NCBI GenBank assembly: GCA_965202585.1
Contig: OZ241831.1
Location: 46,996,001 to 47,060,000 of the forward strand
DNA length: 64,000 nucleotides
From: Thalia democratica
Lineage: Eukaryota
Direction: 5' to 3'
How positions within the stretch are numbered: position 1 is the stretch's first letter; every line of letters starts with the position of its first letter. The notes under the pieces were generated by a model. It had not been told where the DNA came from. It searched no databases and saw only the letters and a list, made by a program, of their open reading frames with translations. Of the stretch, positions 50,964 to 63,306 are shown one piece after another. The translations under genes and the position numbers were made by a program.

Positions 50964-53900
50964 ATGTCAGAAGAAGTTCAAGAGTATTCCATCACTTTGA
51001 AGGCACCAAAAAGCAAAGAAGTTGTCAAAGTGCCTCCTAAATGCACCATAAAAGAGGTAATTAGAAAAATTTATAGATTTTTTTATAGTATTTTATTTAA
51101 ATCCTTTATTTTAAAAATAATTTAATGAGTAAGAGTAACAAATTTACGATTAGTTAATTTTCATAGAGTTCTAAGTAAAAAATGTAGTTATAATTAAAAG
51201 GTTTACACCAGAGCATATGTGGTTTTTTTTAGACCAGATTTTTCAATATTTCCAAATATATTATCTACAATATTTTTAGCTTGTGTCTCAAACCTTAAAG
51301 AATTTGTGAAATGGAATTTATTTATTTTTTTTTTGGTTTTTAAATAAGCAAATGTTCTACCAATTTAAAAACAAATTTAAAAAATTGTTGAATTTATTTA
51401 AATTTTGAAATTATACTTAAGATATATTATAGATATATATGTTAGCTAAGTTAGTTGTAAAACAAAACAAACAGATATTTTTAAGGAAAATAGAAGCTAA
51501 AATTATGAATGTTTTAATTTTAAAAACATGTGCTAAAAATATATGACTTTATTTTTTTACCTGCAACCAAAAAAATATTTTTTAGTGAAATGGTTCTATA
51601 AATGTTGAAAGAATTTATAAAATAGTTTTGGATTTCGTCAGTTTCAATTTCAAAAAATTAAAAATAATACTTTAATTAGTAATTATGTTATGTGATATGG
51701 TAATTTTGTTAGAAGTTTATAGCATTTTTATGTGTTTTCTTTAGATTTTTTCACTATTGAATTTATATTAACTGTTGAAACTGATTTTATAAATAGTATT
51801 TGTAGACTTTTACTTAGTTAAATAAGTGTAACATCAATAATTAATAAGTAATAGATATACTCAGTTGAAATTATTTCTTCATATTCACCTACTAGTTTTC
51901 TAGATAGTATGTTTCTAATTTTAAATTTAAATGTTAAGTTTACTTCTTGTGTTTTGAGAGTTTATAATATAGGTTAGATATATGTATTTGAAGCTTTTTT
52001 AAATATTTCATGAATACATTTTTAAGGGTACAAAAGCACTCCATTTATAAAATAACTCAGAACTTAAATTTTTTATTCAAGTTTATGTACCTATAACAAA
52101 CTAAAATGTAGTTTTTATTTTCAAAATGGAAGTTTGAGTCTAGAGAGTAAGTGCTACTCAAATTTGAAAATAAAAATAATTTGTTTTAAATTAAAAGGTA
52201 TGTGCGCTTTGCTCAGGCTCCACAACAAAGTAGTATTAAGTGAAGTAGGTATCAAGTTAAAAAAATTGCAAAGTAAACCAACTTGTAAAATAAGTAACAC
52301 TATGGCCTTAGACACAGCTTTTGTGGGCATAAAAGTTTTGAATCAAATCAACCAAGTCTAACAAAAACTAACATTAAATAACTTACTAAATTTACTTGAT
52401 CTACTTTTTGTTTAACACACTAAAATTCACAAACATCATTATAACAAAATTTAATGTTAGTTAAATCAGTTTCACAATTATGGTACAACATGCAAAACCT
52501 TAAGACCTCAAATGCAGATTTAAGGGGTATAAAATTTATTTAGCAAAATAACTAAGTAGTTAAATAGTTAACAAAACTAGTAAAATCTAATTTTTACAAC
52601 CATTTTTTTTTCAAGCTGCGCGAAAAAGCATGCACTGCTTTCTCAGCCACCATGGACAGGGTGGTGCTCATATTCGCCGGTAAAATATTGAAGGACGAGG
52701 ACACCATTGAGACGCACAAGATAAAGGACAAACACACCATCCATGTGGTCATCAAGAACAAGCCGTCCACTTCAGCGCCGCCACCGCAGCAAAACCGTCC
52801 TGCTACCACCAACCAACCTGCTAGCGCGCCTAACACGAACAACACTGGCACCACCAACAACGCCAACAACATGTTTGGTGAGTTGTGTTCTGTTTTAGCT
52901 TTTATTTAATCTCAACTTTTTTATTTACTTTTGACACACATAACATTTTTAAATTTAATATTACATTTCTTAAGTAATTATTTTTATTCATTTCAAATCC
53001 TCTTATGATTTCATAGTTAACAGTTTGTTTGGTAACTAACTATAAGTAATTTATTGAATATTTTTATACTGACTGATACTGAGTGCACTTTATTTTGAAA
53101 GATTTTGTTTTACAGTATTTTAATTGTAATATAAAGGTTTTCAGCTTTTATTATTTATTATACTTTTTTGTTGTTTAAAATTACATTTTAATCTGTGTTC
53201 ATACTTATAGATGGTTTATCTGACAGTATTTGTTTATTAAAGCTTGACCAAGTTGCATTGAAAACCTAGAAAATACATTTGCTACACTAATCTAAAGAAT
53301 ACCTTGTTTTTTAAATTTATTTTGTCAAAATAATTATGATCTTCAAGTTAATACACATATACTTTTTATATTATCTTTTAACATACAAACAGATTAAAAT
53401 TATTTTGGTATTCTTCCAAAACGGGTGTGCGTAACAATTAATTAAACTAATTTTGAACATAAGTACAGCTATTTAGGATCTTACTTTGCAAACGGAAAAC
53501 TGTTAAACATATTTAAAAGACACCATTTTCAAAATTTTCGATTTGTTTATTTAATTTACACCTTGTTAACTATTAACTTTGTACCAGCTGGACTTGGCGG
53601 ACTCGGTGGTCTTGGCGGACTGGGCAGCATGTTCGGACAGCAAGGCGGTCTCGGGGGTGACAGGATGAGGCAGATGCAGGAACAGATGATGAACAATCCG
53701 CAGGTATTTATTTTGATTTGTGTAGATCACCCATATAAGTTCGTATGTAACACCCTTACAATTAAAAATTGAATACGCATATACGTTTATACTCCATTTA
53801 TATTTCAATTCTTGTTGTTTTATATATAGTTATGTATTTTATTTATTCAATAGTATTACTAATTTAATTTTTGTTAAAAAAGCCATATAAGTTGACGTAG

Positions 53901-56900
53901 TTTTGTACTTTGTTTTCGCAACACATTATGGTTTCATCTATTTTTTGTTCTTTGTCTTAATTACTGTCTACTTTTTAATTAGTTGTTTTAAGATTTTGCT
54001 TTTTAAACTGACAAAAGTGAGTTGCTGCTTTTTACAAATATAGTTATTCATTGCACATATATATGAATATTTTTTTGACTTAAAATGATCACTTTGTTTC
54101 AAAATTGATTAATTAAGTTAAAAGTTTTTGTATTTCCTCAATTTAAGGAAATAAATTAAAAAAAAACCAAAGGTTATTGTAATATAGAATTAAGTTTTAT
54201 ACAAGCTTTAAATATATATTTCACTAAATTCATTAAATACCTTTAGTTTACACTAAGTCTTAGAAAAAAAACTGCATAAGATATAGTAATTAAGAGTTAA
54301 ATAAAAACTAATGAAATTAAAAGTAACTCAATTAACTAGAAAAGAAAAAAATATTAAACAATTTAATCTTTTTTTTGGTAATCAAAGAAGTAATTAAAAA
54401 AAAAATATTTAAAGTGAGTATTTATTTTTTTATTCATTCCCATAATGAGAATCAGATGTATTTTTTTTACTTAAAATAATTTTACATTGTAGCTTTTGGT
54501 ATAAAAACCAATTAATTTTACCATTTTAATATTAATGACGGAGTGAATAAACTCACTTTTTTCGAAAGCAATTGCCGCTCAAACTTGTTGTTTCCTCCAA
54601 TTGCTTATCCAGGTTTCAATTACCTGGGAAAATATTTAATTGGCATTAGGAGGTTTAAAATTGTGTTGTAATATAAACATATCATACAGATGATGGAGCA
54701 AGCGATGAACTCGCCAATGATGCAGTCGATGTTGGACAATCCCCAACTCCTGCAAAACATTATGATGGGCAACCCGCAAATGCAAGAACTCATGGAGGTT
54801 CGTTTAATTGTTGATAATTTATGATGAGCAACCCGCAAATGTGGCAAATAATTGAAACTTGTTCGAATTGTTTGCCTGTGTTAAAATATTGAATAGAAGC
54901 AAAACTATCAAGTTCTTGAAGTATAGTATCTCTCGTTTAAATGCTTTAAATTTAGTTTTTTTTTGTGCTTTCAACGCAAAAATAAGTTGCTGCTCAATAT
55001 CTCATCGACAGCATTTTTCTCCTTGGAACGTGCCAATTTGTAGAAACAAGCTTGTGGAAGTTTTTCATTAATTAGTATAATAAAATAAACAGAGAAACCC
55101 GGAGATCAGGCACGCTTTGAACGATCCGAGCTTGCTGAGGCAGACGATGGAGCTCGCGAGGAACCCCGCAGCCATGCAGGAACATCTCAGGAACCAGGAC
55201 AGGTATTGAAAATTATCAGTATATTTATAAAGTATAAAACTAAGGTGAGGGGTTGACAACAATTAAAAAGTAATGTAAGAGCTTGTATGACAGCAAATTC
55301 TAAATTAAACTCTTAAACAAAACTCAGAGTAATGAGAAAGTTGGAATCGATGCTTGTTTTAGACTGCAAAGCCTTCTCATTTTTTATTTCGTTGGTTTCT
55401 CAAACTACAACAATAATAATAACTTAGTATTTCGATCAATTCAAAACAGAGTTATGAGCAACTTGGAGTCAATGCCAGGCGGCAGTGCTGCATTGCAACG
55501 CGCTTTCACCGACATTCAATCGCCAATGATGGACTCTCTCGCAAGAAACCCCTTCGCATCGTTGGCTAGCAACAGCAATGAGCCTACTGGTAGGTATTGT
55601 ATAAGTTATTTTTTACCACAAAATAATTAAATGGTAGATGAGTGTTATTTAATTTAAAAGCTCTAGCATAGTTGTGTAATGTTTATTGACAATAATTGTA
55701 ATAGATATTGCAATAACAATGAGCCAAGTGGTTAGTTGTTAAATATTCTGTTTGCAATTTCGTACACATAAAATGTTTCTTTGTTTTTTTTTTTGATATT
55801 AAGTAAAATTTTTGCCGGCTACAACTAGTTTCTTTATGATGATGCTTTTTATTTGAGAGAGTCTTCATAGTCAGTTGGTTCCAACCAATGCATATTATGT
55901 TGCTACCAGTATTTTATTTACCACAAACTACATCCAACAGAAACGCCAACGACTGAGAACACCGAGCCGCTGCCGAACCCGTGGGGAGGTGCACAGCAGC
56001 AAGCGAGCAGCAACACCTCAACCAATAGGAACACAACTAATAACACTAACAGTGCTGGTGGTAACAACACCAATAACATGTTCGGTGCTAACATGGCCGG
56101 TTGGTATCTTTGCTTTTTTTGGGTTTTCAGGGGTGATAAATTGCGGTTTACTTTTATTTTCTCTGATCTAGTTTTAAATAATTTATAAATGTTTAGAAAT
56201 GAAAGTTATATTGTATCAGTCCCAACATCATGAAGTTTTAATATAAGAATTTTCAATAGTTTTACAGTTTGTTCTCCATTTAAAATAGTCTTAAATGTAT
56301 TTTATGCAATTAAAAATGCGTTGTTTGGGAACTAATACAATTTTTTTTTGTGAATGTTTCTTCAATTTATAATCATCGTTCAGTGATGAAGTTTTTTATC
56401 AAATTTACAAACATTTTCATAAAATTTACAAACATTTTCATAAAATTCAACAGGAATGTTCAACACGCCGGGCGTGCAGGATATGATGTCACAATTGACT
56501 TCCAACCCGGACATGATGACGAACATGATGCAGTCGCCCTACGTCAGAACCATGATGCAACAGATGGCCAACAACCCCGAAACGATGCAGCAGGTTTGTG
56601 TGTGCAACTAAAGTTAATTTCATGTTGTATAAAATGTTATTCACAAGTATAAGTTTTTTATCTCAGTATAACTTGATAGCTCTTAAGTTTAAAGGTTAAT
56701 GGACAGTTACCACTAGATTTAAACGGTCGTGTCTTATTATGATACAGTATTAATAACAACAAATTGGCGTTTAACTCATAATTAAAAGTTTAGTAAGGCG
56801 TGTTAGTTTAACCTAAACAGCCTGATTATGACCATATGTTTGTATTTAATTCAGTTTACTAATAAAATGTACAATTAATCACAAAAACATTTTTATCAGT

Positions 56901-58726
56901 AGCTTTGATAACAAAACTGTTTTAATATTTTTTATTGCATTTTAATATCACACAGATGTTGGGAAGCAACCCGTTGTTCGCAAACAACCCGCAAATGCAG
57001 CAGATGATGCCGCAAATGATGCAGATGATGCTCGACAACCCTGCAATGATGCAGCAGATGGGAAACCCCCGCACGCAGCAGGCGTTGCGGCAGATCCAGG
57101 AGGGAATGCAGCAGCTGCAATCCGAAGCGCCAGGACTGTTTCCCGGGTAAATTGTTTTAATTGCACAGTTTTCAGATCTATATTTTTTTGACATAGTATC
57201 ACACAAGTAGTCTATACTGGTCATAGTCATAAAAAGACAGTTTTTTATTTGTTGTTTCATATTAAAATATTTACTTGACTAATTTTTCAATTACATAGCC
57301 AAGTATATCTAAAATTTATTTTGCATCAAATTTTTTTGGATATTTTATTTTTCACTTGCTGATCTAGATTTTTCCAAGAAAGTATTCAATTCGTTTATTT
57401 ATTACTTTCAATTGTATAAGTTTTAGCAGAGAAGTTGGTAGACTTGGTTTTACAAAGTAAGCTGTTTTAAATAGCAATAGTTTAGGAATAAAGATATATA
57501 TGAAATATGAAAACTCTACTTTCATTAAAACTACTTTTATGTGTGTAAAGCAACTCGAAGTATTAATTATTTAATACTGATCATTTGCATGAAATTTTTA
57601 TTTGGCTATTATTCAGTTGTCAAACAACTTTTTTATTGTAACAATAAATAATGATAAATTTAACAACAGAGCCGCAGGATTCGGAGGCGCAGGAGCTGCC
57701 ACTGGCGGGAACCAGACATCAACTGGCAACAACCAATCAAATGCCGGTAATATTTTCAACAGCCAATCGGCGGGCGGTATGCTGAACGACCCGGGTATTT
57801 TGAACATGATGAGGAACCTCATGGGAGGCCAGCAACAAGGTTTGTTTGTTTGATTTTGTATAAATAAGTCACCACATGATTGTTAATATAAAGAATTGTC
57901 ATATAAGTATTCTTCATTGTAGTTAATGAGTTTTTCGCAATTCACACTCGAGTATTGATTTTTAACCATAAAGTTTTGACTTTTCATTTATCTATCTAAA
58001 CCAGGGGTCGGCAAACTGCGGACAGCATTTGATATTTCGTTTTAACTAAATTAATTTAATGTTGATTTCAAAAATATGTTTAATAATTTTAGTGTTATCT
58101 TTAGAAGATAATCTATTGCCTAATTTTTTAAATACAAAAAAATAGTAAAAATTCCGTTTTTTTAAGCACATTAAAGTTGTATCGAATCTACATTTTTTTA
58201 TAAATGTTACTTGCCAAAATTAAGTCGAACGAAACGGGCTTATCGATTGTTATGTGTTAAAAGCTTACCGTGTTTATGAACGTTTTACCTTTAAAAATAA
58301 CGCCTACCGTTTGGTCAGTCACGCCACAATTTATCAGAATTTAAACTAACAGTTATTCCTCTTCGCAGGCACAAATTCTCAAACGTACCAATTTAGTTGG
58401 TTTCAAATCGTTTCAATTGAAAAACAACTGATCAAACTTATTTACTAAATTATTATTTGTAACAAGTGCAAACGAAAATATCAGTCTACTAAAACCAGCA
58501 TTATATCCCTTTGATTTTACAATTTATACCCACAGTAGTGAGCAAGCTTTGATATTTATTATTTCTCTTGGCAGGCGCAAACTCGCAGGAGCCGCCCGAA
58601 GAGAGGTACAGGACGCAGTTGGAGCAGCTGGTGCAGATGGGCTTCACCAACAGAGAGGCCAACATCAGGGCGCTGCAGGCCACCAACGGCAACGTGAACA
58701 GCGCTGTTGAGTTTCTGCTCACGTGA
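50964..58726 (+). CDS. UBQLN: Ubiquilin (UBL - STI1 repeats - UBA), 11 coding exons, 546 aa
   Basis: Exons 50964-51056, 52616-52877, 53588-53703, 54690-54797, 55093-55202, 55450-55589, 55941-56099, 56454-56593, 56956-57146, 57670-57839 and 58575-58726, all AG/GT and in phase. [13 protein letters not shown]...HVVIK; STI1 [23 protein letters not shown]; [10 protein letters not shown]; [45 protein letters not shown]. Confidence 0.93.
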
Positions 58727-59280
58727 GTTTGTTTGCAATTTATCTACTATAGGTTGACTTTTACTGTTATGATATTTGGTAAGTATGTATTAACATTTCA
58801 AGCGTAGTGTTCATACACTCCCATTGGCTTTTGTTTTAAGGTTTTCCAACTGTCAGTACTTAATATTTTTAATTTATTTGGAGTTACTTCAGTGATGAAG
58901 CGAACCTTTTTTAATAAGGTTGTCAATAAGACAATTTTAAATTCAAAGTTTATTGTTTAACACAAAGTTTTATGCGTTGGTGCAATGATCTTGAATTAAT
59001 AAACTTAATAAGGTTGTAGATTTTGTGAATTAGTAACTTGGTTCATAAAACCAGTGGTTCCAACAGTTTCAATATGTTTTCACAGTAGATTTAAACAACT
59101 TTTTTTTACACTTAGATTATTATTATTATTTTACTATTTTTATGAATTAGTAGTATTTCTTTACATATACCAAACACTACAACTTGTTAAAAACAATCAA
59201 ACAATGACATTTTTAATTTATAATTATATATTTTGTTCTGCATAAAATTTCATGTAACTTAATTAAGTATTTGCTTAGAT

Positions 59281-59511
59281 CAGGGTTTCCCTAACTTTTT
59301 AAGGCCACCTTTAAAGAAATTAAAAAAGCTATGGTCCCTCCGACGAAATTTCTCAAAAACTACCATTTAAAAATGCCCAAGACTCTTTTGCTATTCATAA
59401 TCAACTCCAAAACATCTAGTAAGTCTCAAATTATGACTTCGTGGCCCCATTTAATATTCACGCCCCCCTTTGGCCCTTTGCCCCCAATATTGCCCAGTTT
59501 GGGAAACCCTG
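59281..59511. mobile_element. hAT-type MITE
   Basis: Perfect 11-bp TIR cagggtttccc/gggaaaccctg and an 8-bp TSD gcttagat/acttagat. Confidence 0.8.
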
Positions 59512-59769
59512 ACTTAGATTATCAATATTGGTCTTTTTTAAGTGTTTTATTTTAATGAATTTCTAATTTATTTTCATTTAATTTTTGAAGCAAAATGTTA
59601 TAGCAATAAGTTTAAATAATAAATTCTTTTATTATAAAAATAATAACTTTGCAGCCATTGATGAACATCTGAACGAAAATTTCTGATGGCGGATTTTGTC
59701 GCTTCAATTAATTATTTTCTTAAATTACATTTCCTTCAATAGCATAGGTTTCACGAAAAACTTTCTCTT

Positions 59770-59775
59770 AATAAA
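59770..59775 (+). terminator. Candidate polyadenylation signal of ubiquilin
   Basis: AATAAA ~110 nt after the putative terminal mini-exon stop at 59661. Another lies near 60008. Confidence 0.35.
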
Positions 59776-60695
59776 ATGAATATGTGATGTTTTTGTATTT
59801 ATTGGTATAAAAAGTTGTAGTTTAACATGCTTTTTCTAAATGTGCAATTTTATGCACTTCTCTTTACAGAATGTTTTTTCTGCCACAATATTTATAAGAT
59901 AAAAAGTATGAATTCTACAAGAAAATTGTAAGTGTTTGTATATTTGTTATCATAGTTTTCTTTTCGGCAGTAGTTATTTTCGTGAGCTTTAACAGTTTGC
60001 TGTTATAATAAATAAACTGTCTCAACTTAATTGTTTGATTTTTATTTAAGTTCTATTTGTTTGACTGAGTTTAGTATATTTTTGATTATTTGATATAATA
60101 AGTTGATGATATTTTGATAAACATGTAAACTGTTTCAAATATTGTCCGTTTTTTAGTACTTAACTTTTATGGTATAATTTGTTAAATTATTGTTCATCAG
60201 AAATGTTTATATTTATTTAGTTGAAAAGTTTTTTGAATCTTGTAAGAAATAAGCAGAAGTATTAATATTAAAGAGCAACGAAGTTGTTTATTTAAACTAT
60301 TTATGTTCCATTAAAAGTAACTTTTCAAATTATATAAGTATTAAGTTTAATTTTGTACTTATCAAATGTAGGAGCTTTTAAAATAAAACTTTCGTTGTAG
60401 ATAAATAACTTAAAAATTTTTGTATCCTTTTAGTTTTAACTAAAATTCAGTTTTTGCCCAAGAAGATAAATATTGATTTAGTATTTCAAAATTATTTATT
60501 ATAAAACAATATTTAACTCTATGTATTAAAGATCTTAAGTTACAACTAATTTTTCATTTAAAACAAATATAACAAATTAAGGCTTACATTTTTAAGATGT
60601 ATTCAAAACTTATAAATATAAATTATAATAATGTAACTTGTTTTAAATCAAACAATTTAAAGTTCTCGACTTAAATGTCTTTAAGGAGATTTATA

Positions 60696-60906
60696 TCCAA
60701 TATTTATTTCAACAGTTTATTACAATCAAAACAATGTTTCACTCCTATACTTGCATATAGGAGATCCTCAGTTGTTGTAAATAGGTCTTATTCAAATAGA
60801 ATCTATTTGAATAAGACCTATTTACAACAACTGAGGATCTCCTATATGCAAGTATAGGAGTGAAACATTGTTTTGATTGTAATAAACTGTTGAAATAAAT
60901 ATTGGA
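60696..60906. repeat. Perfect palindrome: 105-bp arms around a single central base
   Basis: 60696-60800 is the reverse complement of 60802-60906. It extends to ~60689-60915 with one indel. Confidence 0.95.
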
Positions 60907-62768
60907 AATATAAATTATGATAAAAAAATGTAAAATTTTGAATTTGTTTAAAAATAACAGTATTTTAAAACTCGATATTTTTTAAGAAACTTATGCTTTA
61001 ACAATCAATTTTCTACAAAACTACTTTGAAAAGTATTTTGTAATTAGTAAACTCTTTCATTTTGCTTCATAAAAAGAGTTACAGTGGCATTAATTTTAGT
61101 AAGTGTTTTAAAAGAAATCTAAAAAAGTTTAAAATTCGTTATGTTAGTAATTTTTTATTTACTAATAAAACTTATTCTATTGTGTTTTAATAAAAGTACT
61201 GTTTGTATGAAACAGTTTAAAGAAACGATTCTTTCTTTATCTATTAATTCGTTTGAAATTGATTAAAGCGACTAGTTATGAATTGAGCCTGGTGTACAGT
61301 GATTGTATTTTAATACTTTTAAAATAAAAAACTCTTGTACCCTTTGATAAAGTATAAAACAAGCGGTACAACTTTTATAAACGAAAACACAAAGTTCCCA
61401 GAAATTATTCTAAGTATAAGTAGTAACTTTAAAGACATTTTTTATTAACCGAGTAAGAAGTAAGCGCATTCAACTTGAGTTATATAAGATATTTGAATTA
61501 ATATTTTTTTATAAAGATATTTGAATGCAATACCTGATTTTTAGAGAAAACCGTCATCACCGATAATTTGTGTATCTTTTAGCAAACTCAAGTTTACTTA
61601 TACGTCGACTAAGGTTAAAAAATACAATGAGTCTGCAAAAATATCTTTACTTTTTATATTATTTATACTTGTTAAATATCGTGAAAAAAAAAATTAGCAA
61701 CTGTTCTTTAGCAAAACCAGTTCAAATTTTTGTTCACACTCACAACTGGAATAACTACTTGTAAAGAGCAATTTAATGCCGTTTAAACATATATATTCCA
61801 TTTAATAAAGCTATTTAAAAAGCCAAAAGAAAAAACTAAATTTTAGTTGATATTGTTTCATATTTTTCTAAATAAACTTTCTGTATATGTGCACACAACT
61901 TACATGTACGAAAGCGAGTAAACTCGTTTAACAACAAATTCAAACCTGATGGAAGTTCATTTTTGCATAATTTTTTTTGTTAAAACAAATGTGCATAAGA
62001 TTCAACTAGGGCTGGGCAACGTACGACATACGGACCGGATCCGGCTCGCAAACAGAAACCTCTGGCCCACGAGACGTTTTTTCTAACTCGAGAAAAATTG
62101 TGCAAAAGCAAATTTAGCTTTTTCACAACAAGTATTCTGAAAAGTGCTCTTATTGGGTTTATGCGTTAAGTATTCACTTCACATTCGCTCTAAACGATTT
62201 TTGTAAAATTTTCGGAAAAAAAAAGTTTTTCAAAGTTACGCAGTTTGCTAGGGTGTTTAAAGCTTTTTGAGTTTAAACGGCTTGTTACAAGGAAATCCAC
62301 ATAGTTAGATATTTTTTGAGTCTGTGTAAATTTTACAATATATATTTTTAAAACTATTTAAAATCACGATAGCTAAAAATGTTCCGGGTAAAAGAAATGA
62401 GCTAATTTATATGGAAAGGTTCTTAAAAAAGGAATAAAAACAGTAAATTTACTAGCTAAAAATGTTTGTAAATCCTAATTTATGACTATCAGAATATGTA
62501 TTTTTTATGATTACAGATACTGGAAAGCTGTTTTAAATTACGGATTTTTTGGATCCGGAGTGCATATGACTGATTCATCAAGGGCTTGTTCGTTTTATAT
62601 ACGTTGTTTTCTAGCTATCAGTTGTGTTATAGTATAATGACGTAAGCATTTGAGATAGCAGTTTTTCTTACATTAAATGCAGCTTAGACAACTCGACTTC
62701 ATTAATGTACTTTGATAGATTGTATTAAAAAAAAATTGATTTTTATCATTGTACACAACTACGATAGT

Positions 62769-63306
62769 GGGTAGCTGTTAAATTTGCACGAAGACACTTT
62801 TGCACTAGGGTATAAAATTGCACGAAGACCTTTTTGCACGGGTTAAATTATTTTTTAACTTAGTTTTTTTACTATCACTGTTACTCCAAACCCTTACCTT
62901 CGGTCGTTAATTTTTTTTATTAGTAATTTTTTTATATTTTTATTTATAATATTTTTTTTTAAAACTATTTACCCTAACCCTTACCTTCGGTCGGTAGCTT
63001 TAATTTTTCTTTTTAACTAATTTAGTTTAATTTTTTATAATAATTTTATTAGTTGTAATTTTATTTTTATTATCACTGTTACCCCTAACCTAACCCTTGT
63101 TTCCTAACCCTTACCCTCGGTCAGTAACTTTTTTTTTTCTTTTTGTTTTTTATTAATTTGTATTTTTTTTTCTGTTTTTTTATATCTGTTTTTACTCTGG
63201 TGCAAAAATATAACTTGGTGCAAAATTGTTCTCGTGCAATTTTGTCCCCTCGTGCAGTTTCGTTCCTTCGTGTAATTTTGTCTTCGTGTAATTATGACCC
63301 GTTCCC
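62769..63306. mobile_element. Non-autonomous element with TGCACGA arrays and telomere-like cctaaccct tracts
   Basis: The left arm ttgcacgaagac repeats mirror the right arm cttcgtgtaa/ctcgtgcaa repeats. Internal ttaccctaacccttacc and cctaacctaaccct. Confidence 0.7.

Noticed and set aside
52594-58722. Minus-strand and off-frame ORFs over ubiquilin exons (52594, 53566, 54620, 55068, 55875, 56350, 56922, 56932, 56948, 57613, 58501)
   Set aside because: These are shadows of GC-rich exons, fully explained by the spliced plus-strand gene.
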